Assembly: GCA_963724295.1 (NCBI GenBank)
Contig: CAVRUC010000013.1
Coordinates: forward strand, 512,001-576,000
Direction of reading: 5' to 3'
Length of the DNA: 64,000 bases
DNA from: an uncultured Chloroflexia bacterium
GTDB lineage: Bacteria > Chloroflexota > Chloroflexia > Thermomicrobiales > UBA6265
Of this stretch, positions 59,543 to 64,000 are shown piece by piece. The notes under the pieces were generated by a model. The model was not told the DNA's origin and did not search any database. It saw only the letters and a list, made by a program, of their open reading frames with translations. Within the stretch, counting starts at the first letter, position 1. Each line of letters begins with the position of its first letter. The position numbers and the translations under genes are program-made.

Positions 59543-60578
59543 TCATACCGCCGCTGCCAGATCCTGGAATGCCTCGAGTGACGCCTCCACCTGAGCCAGA
59601 TCCAGGTCACGCGCGATGAAGACGATCCGGCTGCGGCGGTCCGCGTCCGGCCACTCCCGCAGATGGCGCGGCACGTGGATGACGTGCTGCACGCCCTCCA
59701 CCAGCAGCGGTCCTCGTCCCGCGCCGACGTTGAGCAGACCTTTCAGCCGCAGGACGCGGTCGCCGTGCCGGTGGAGCACCATGGTCAACCAGATACCGAA
59801 CATCTGCCAGTTGAGCGGGCGGTCGAAGATGAGACACCGGGACGCAACTCGACCGTTCATCCCGTGCACGGCCGCCGGCGCCATCGGGTCACCATTGTCG
59901 CGCGTACGAGACTCCGCCCAACCGGCCAAACCCTACGCCATCGCGTTGCGATTCCTCACCAAGCAATGGCGCGAAATCGATGCTGCCGAAGCTGGCATCG
60001 ACGACGGTCGCGGTGGGATTGATCGATCGCAACTTCGCCTTCAGCTCCTCGGTCGCCTCTGGCGTGGCCAGGTCTCGCTTGGTCACGATCACGTGGTCGG
60101 CGGCTGCCACCTGCCGCAGTGCCTCGCCGTAGCTGTCGAGATTGCTTGCACCGGCGACGGCGTCGATCGTGGTCACTACCCGCTCCACCCGGAAATGGTT
60201 GCGGACCACCGGCTCGGCGACGATCGTGTGCAGGATCGGCGCCGGATCGGCAAGTCCGGTCGTTTCGATCACGACGCGGCCGAAACGGGGGATCGTGCCG
60301 CGCTCCCGCTGGCTCAGCAGATGGCGCAACGCCTCGGACAGGTCGTCGCGCATCGAGCAGCAGACGCAGCCGTTGCGCAGCAGCGTCGTCCGCACATCCG
60401 TCTTCCGGACCAGATGGTGATCGATCCCCACCTCCCCGAACTCGTTGACGATGACGGCGATCTCGCCGGCTTCGGGAGCGAGCAGGAGGTTCCTCAGCAA
60501 CGTCGTCTTGCCACTGCCGAGGAAGCCGGAGACGACCAGAATCGGGATCGGGCCGTGGTCGTTTGCGAGCGCCATCAA
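59543..60578 (-). CDS. COG0523/CobW-family metallochaperone GTPase, frameshifted near 59930
   Basis: GFLGSGKTT, NEFG, GCVCC and ETTG motifs; CobW_C domain (LRLKG, GVQH) in ORF 59543..59929. Confidence 0.9.
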
Positions 60579-60961
60579 CTGCTTTCCGGGACCCCCGATC
60601 CACTCCGCCTCGTACGGGCCCGCACGCGGTCGAGAAATGCCGGCGCCAGCGGGTCGAGCGGCGCTCCCAGAATCTGCTCGGCCGCGGGTAAGAGGGCAGC
60701 GAGATCCGGCGCGATCGCGGTGTTCCCCTTGGCATCGCGCACGATGTAGCTACTCCCCTCCCAATCCTGGTAGTGCAGCCCGTAGCCAGCGAGGACGGCG
60801 CTGATCAGTTGGGCGCGGCTAGCCCGGTCGCGCAGCCGCTGACCGCGCCGGTCGACGTGGATCTCGAGCGCCACCGTGCCGTCTGGCGCTTCGGTCCGCT
60901 CGTCGGCCGCGACCTCAGCCCAATGCTGTTCCGTCCAGAGGGCTCCGCAGAGCACGCACAT
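60575..60961 (-). CDS. Small protein with N-terminal MCxxC...HW motif
   Basis: MCVLCGALWTEQHW; overlaps the CobW start. Confidence 0.75.
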   Translation of the reverse strand: MCVLCGALWTEQHWAEVAADERTEAPDGTVALEIHVDRRGQRLRDRASRAQLISAVLAGYGLHYQDWEGSSYIVRDAKGNTAIAPDLAALLPAAEQILGAPLDPLAPAFLDRVRARTRRSGSGVPESS

Positions 60962-60968
60962 CAGGAAA

Positions 60969-61904
60969 TCAGTCGGCGGCCTGGCCGGTCGGCCACTGCT
61001 CGATCACGCTCTCCGGGCGGGCGGTGCCGGAGCGCGGATAACGCTCCCTGAAATCGGCGGCGATCTCCTCGAAGGTCGCCCAGCGCACCCCGTCGTGCCC
61101 GTTGATGTATTCGATCAGGCGCTCCAGCATCAGCAGCACCTGTGGCCGGCCGGAGACATCGGGGTGGATGGTGATGGGGAAGACCGCGTAGTCATACTCG
61201 CGGTAGACCCAATCGAACTGGTCGCGCCAGATCTCCTCCAGATGACGCGGGTTGACGAATCCGTGACTATTCGGCGCCTTCTTGATGAACATCATCGGCG
61301 GCAGGTCGTCGATGTACCAGTTGGCGCCGATCTCGACCAGGTCCGTCTCCTCGCCGCGCACGAGTGGCTTCATCCACGTCTCGGCCGACTGCGAGTAGTC
61401 GATCTTCGTCCAGCTGTCTCCCACCCGCGCGTAGAAGGGATGAAAGTCGTTGTCCATGCGGCTGTGGTCGTAGGTGATGCCATTCTTGAGGAGCAGCGCC
61501 ACGGTGGCCGCGCTCAGCTCCCACCACGGCGCCACGTACCCGGTCGGACGCCGCCCGGAGAAGCGCTCGATGAGATCGATGCACTTGTTGAGGACCGTCT
61601 CTTCCTGCTCCGGCGTCATGGCGACCGGGTTCTCATGCGAATAGCCGTGCAGACCGATCTCGTGTCCGGCGTCAGCCACCATCTGCATCTGCCGGGGAAA
61701 GGTCTCGATCGAGTGGCCGGGGATGAACCAGGTCGTGCGCAGGCCATATTTGTCGAACATCTTGAGCAGGCGAGGGCTCCCGATCTCGCCGGCGAAGAGA
61801 CCGCGCGTGATGTCGCAGGGCGAATCCTCACCGCCATACGATCCCAACCAGCCAGCCACGGCGTCCACGTCGATGCCGACGGTGCAGAAGACCTCCTTCG
61901 CCAC
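60969..61904 (-). CDS. Polysaccharide deacetylase family protein (PuuE/HP0310-like)
   Basis: [23 protein letters not shown] and IHPDVSGRP motifs; GAGGAGG RBS before the GTG at 61904. Confidence 0.92.
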   Translation of the reverse strand: MAKEVFCTVGIDVDAVAGWLGSYGGEDSPCDITRGLFAGEIGSPRLLKMFDKYGLRTTWFIPGHSIETFPRQMQMVADAGHEIGLHGYSHENPVAMTPEQEETVLNKCIDLIERFSGRRPTGYVAPWWELSAATVALLLKNGITYDHSRMDNDFHPFYARVGDSWTKIDYSQSAETWMKPLVRGEETDLVEIGANWYIDDLPPMMFIKKAPNSHGFVNPRHLEEIWRDQFDWVYREYDYAVFPITIHPDVSGRPQVLLMLERLIEYINGHDGVRWATFEEIAADFRERYPRSGTARPESVIEQWPTGQAAD

Positions 61905-62201
61905 GTCTTCCTCCTCACTGGAATCGAGCGGCTCCGCCGCCCATGTCCGCCTCAACCGGTGACCGGCCGGCACCTTATCACCGCCCGCTGAGGCGGTCAA
62001 TTCGAGTTCTACCGACGGGTTGCGTTCAGAAGCCGATCGCCATCCCACGGCTTGGCGAAGTACCAATGCTCCCTCTCCCTGCGCCCAGGGCCGGGTACCG
62101 GGTGCCCTCTGGGCGTGGTGACGTTGGGGTGAGGGTTTTCCGCGTCGATCTCTTATGATCCCGCGCCATACGCAGTACTGGCTGGAACGACAGGAGTCCA
62201 T

Positions 62202-63050
62202 GTGATGACCGACACGACCCGCTCGTTGCCCCGGGAACCGCTCTTGCTGGCCGATCTCTCCTCGCCCGAAACGCAAGACCTGCTGCCCCACCTCGAGCTG
62301 GTGCTGCTGCCGGTCGGGGCCCACGAGCAGCACGGGCCGAACATCGCCGTCTCGACCGACACCATCAGCGCCGATGCCTTGTGCCGGGCCGCCGCCGCAC
62401 TGGTGGGACCGGCGGTGGCCGTGGCCCCGGTTGTCCCCTGGGGCGTCTCCTGGCACCATCTGCGTTTCCCCGGCACCATCTCTCTCCGGCCGTCCACCCT
62501 GATCGCCGTGCTGGAGGACATCGTCGGTTCCCTCTATGGGCACGGCATGCGCCGCTTCCTGGTGGTCAACGGCCATGGCGGCAACAACGCGGCCATTACC
62601 ACCGCGGTCGAGCAGATCAAGCACGACACCGGCGTGCCCTTGATCGCCTCCGTGTTCGGCTACGCCTTGATCGCCGAGCAAGCGAAGAAGCTTTTGCCTC
62701 CGGAGGCGATCGGTCACGGCGGCGGTGACGAGGCGGCCCTGGTGATGGCCGTCGAGCCGCACCGGGCCAAGCCGTCTGCCTTCGCCGCACCGCGGCCGAC
62801 GGGTCGTCAGGTCGAATCGGCGGCACTCCTGCGGGCGTACGGTGGCGTCCTCGCGCGCCGCTACGACGAGGTCACCCACAATGGAGCGACCGGCGACGCC
62901 ACGTCGGCCTCGGCGGAAGCCGGCCGCCAGATCCTGGACGGAGCCGCGCGGCGCCTGGCCGAGATCATCGAGGTCTTGCTGCGTGAGGCAGATGCGGCGG
63001 AGGAGACCCAGGCGGGAGTGAACGAGCGAGGCCGCCGGGTGGATGGTTAG
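62202..63050 (+). CDS. Creatininase family amidohydrolase
   Basis: [16 protein letters not shown] and GHGGGDE motifs. Confidence 0.9.
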   Translation: MMTDTTRSLPREPLLLADLSSPETQDLLPHLELVLLPVGAHEQHGPNIAVSTDTISADALCRAAAALVGPAVAVAPVVPWGVSWHHLRFPGTISLRPSTLIAVLEDIVGSLYGHGMRRFLVVNGHGGNNAAITTAVEQIKHDTGVPLIASVFGYALIAEQAKKLLPPEAIGHGGGDEAALVMAVEPHRAKPSAFAAPRPTGRQVESAALLRAYGGVLARRYDEVTHNGATGDATSASAEAGRQILDGAARRLAEIIEVLLREADAAEETQAGVNERGRRVDG

Positions 63051-63124
63051 GCGATTGTGGAGCGTCGCCGGCAAGAGCATCGGTAGGGGCACGGCATGCC
63101 GTGCCCGGGCCACGAAGATCGGTA

Positions 63125-63874
63125 TCAACGAAGCGATGCGGACGCCGTCGACTCCTGCCCAACGTTCCGCGTCTGGAACCAGATGATCCCGTTGAGCACC
63201 AGCACCCACAGCGGAAAGACGACCACCAGCCAGACGTTGAGCGTTGCCACCAGAAAGAGCGCCGCGGCCACGCCGTAACTGCCAAAGACGAACCACCTCG
63301 GGAGCAGTTGCGCCTCGTGACCGAGCTTGGCGGTCGTGGTCACGAAGATCGCTGCCATCCGCATCCCGAAGATCATGAGCAGCGTCCGGCTATAGAGCGG
63401 AAACTGGCGGGCCACGGCCGGATCGACCGGGAGGTTCGCTAGCTCGACGCTACTGGCCACGATTGTGCCCGCCCCGGCCGCGGCGAAGGCGAGGGTGATG
63501 AAGCCAACGCCGCTCAACATCTGAACGGTTGCCAACAGGCGATCGATCCTGCGGGAGCTCATCTCCACTCACTGCCGCAACGCGGCAATGAACCAGAGGA
63601 AAGCGACCGCGGCCAGGGGTAGTACGTAGAGGCCGCTTAGCACGAGGCGGCGCTGGGCGCCGCTGGCATAGAAGGTCACCAGCTCCTGATTGGTTGACCG
63701 GGGGCCGGGTGTCCCGGCCAGCATCGCCAGGCCGCCGAGGAACAGGACGGCAAAGGCGATGCCCAGGACGCTCGTCAGGCGCGCGGCCGCAAGATTCCCC
63801 GATGCGGCTGCCAATCTGCAGTTTTCAGCTTCCGGCACGTTTCGGAGATCGCCAGGAAGGATATCGCTTTCCAA
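63125..63874 (-). pseudogene. Membrane protein interrupted by an in-frame TGA at 63569-63571 (real or sequencing error)
   Basis: ORFs 63569..63874 and 63125..63568 are contiguous and in frame (FIAALRQ*VEMSSRR); TGG to TGA would be one substitution. Confidence 0.65.
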
Positions 63875-64000
63875 GCGAATGGAGGTTCCTCGACGCTACA
63901 AGACCTTCGCGCCACCCGTCAGTTCGTCGGCGAGTGCGACCGCCTCGGTAATCGCCTCTTGCAATGGAAGTGCTCGACCGGCGTCTCGGGCTGTGGTGAA

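Noticed and set aside
1527..60749. Long alternative ORFs such as 1527..2474, 4517..5506, 31429..32493, 42573..43670 and 59616..60749
   Set aside because: They are antisense shadows of well-supported genes, as expected in high-GC DNA.
60969..63296. 775-aa ORF as a giant deacetylase fusion
   Set aside because: The N-terminal part is the antisense shadow of the creatininase gene; a clear RBS and GTG at 61904 mark the real start.
63569..63571. In-frame TGA as selenocysteine
   Set aside because: The context is a membrane protein where Trp fits, with no redox motif or evident SECIS; a point error or nonsense mutation is simpler.

Overview
A GC-rich bacterial window, probably from Thermomicrobiales (Chloroflexota). 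That assignment is inferred from the many exported proteins that begin AQ(E/D)ATP. About 3.3-21.9 kb is an accessory and defence region with visibly lower GC. It holds an McrA-like HNH nuclease, a Vsr/DUF559-like nuclease, an AbiTii-domain protein, a TIR/NDT-like-REase plus Mrr-like gene pair, a patatin and three paralogous membrane proteins. The region is punctuated by at least seven copies of a short orphan peptide-coding tail (consensus roughly P-x-I/V-L-R-F-T-A-D-D-A-x-R-E-I-A-A-stop). It also carries two intact copies and one decayed copy of a small AT-hook protein gene. No recombinase gene is visible, so this looks like an integrase-less cassette array or an accretion hotspot ending at the 5' end of an LLM monooxygenase gene. 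The rest (22-64 kb) is mostly metabolic: sulfur and flavin oxidoreductases, a xanthine-dehydrogenase-family locus, ScyD/ScyE proteins, a LuxR-ATPase, exported hydrolases, lhgO, and a polyamine-type ABC/CobW/deacetylase/creatininase cluster. It also contains a Tat-exported tandem gamma-carbonic-anhydrase-like protein whose catalytic residues are split complementarily between its two domains. Nine frameshifts and one in-frame stop in otherwise intact genes most likely reflect sequencing or assembly error. All calls come from reading motifs by eye; no searches were run.
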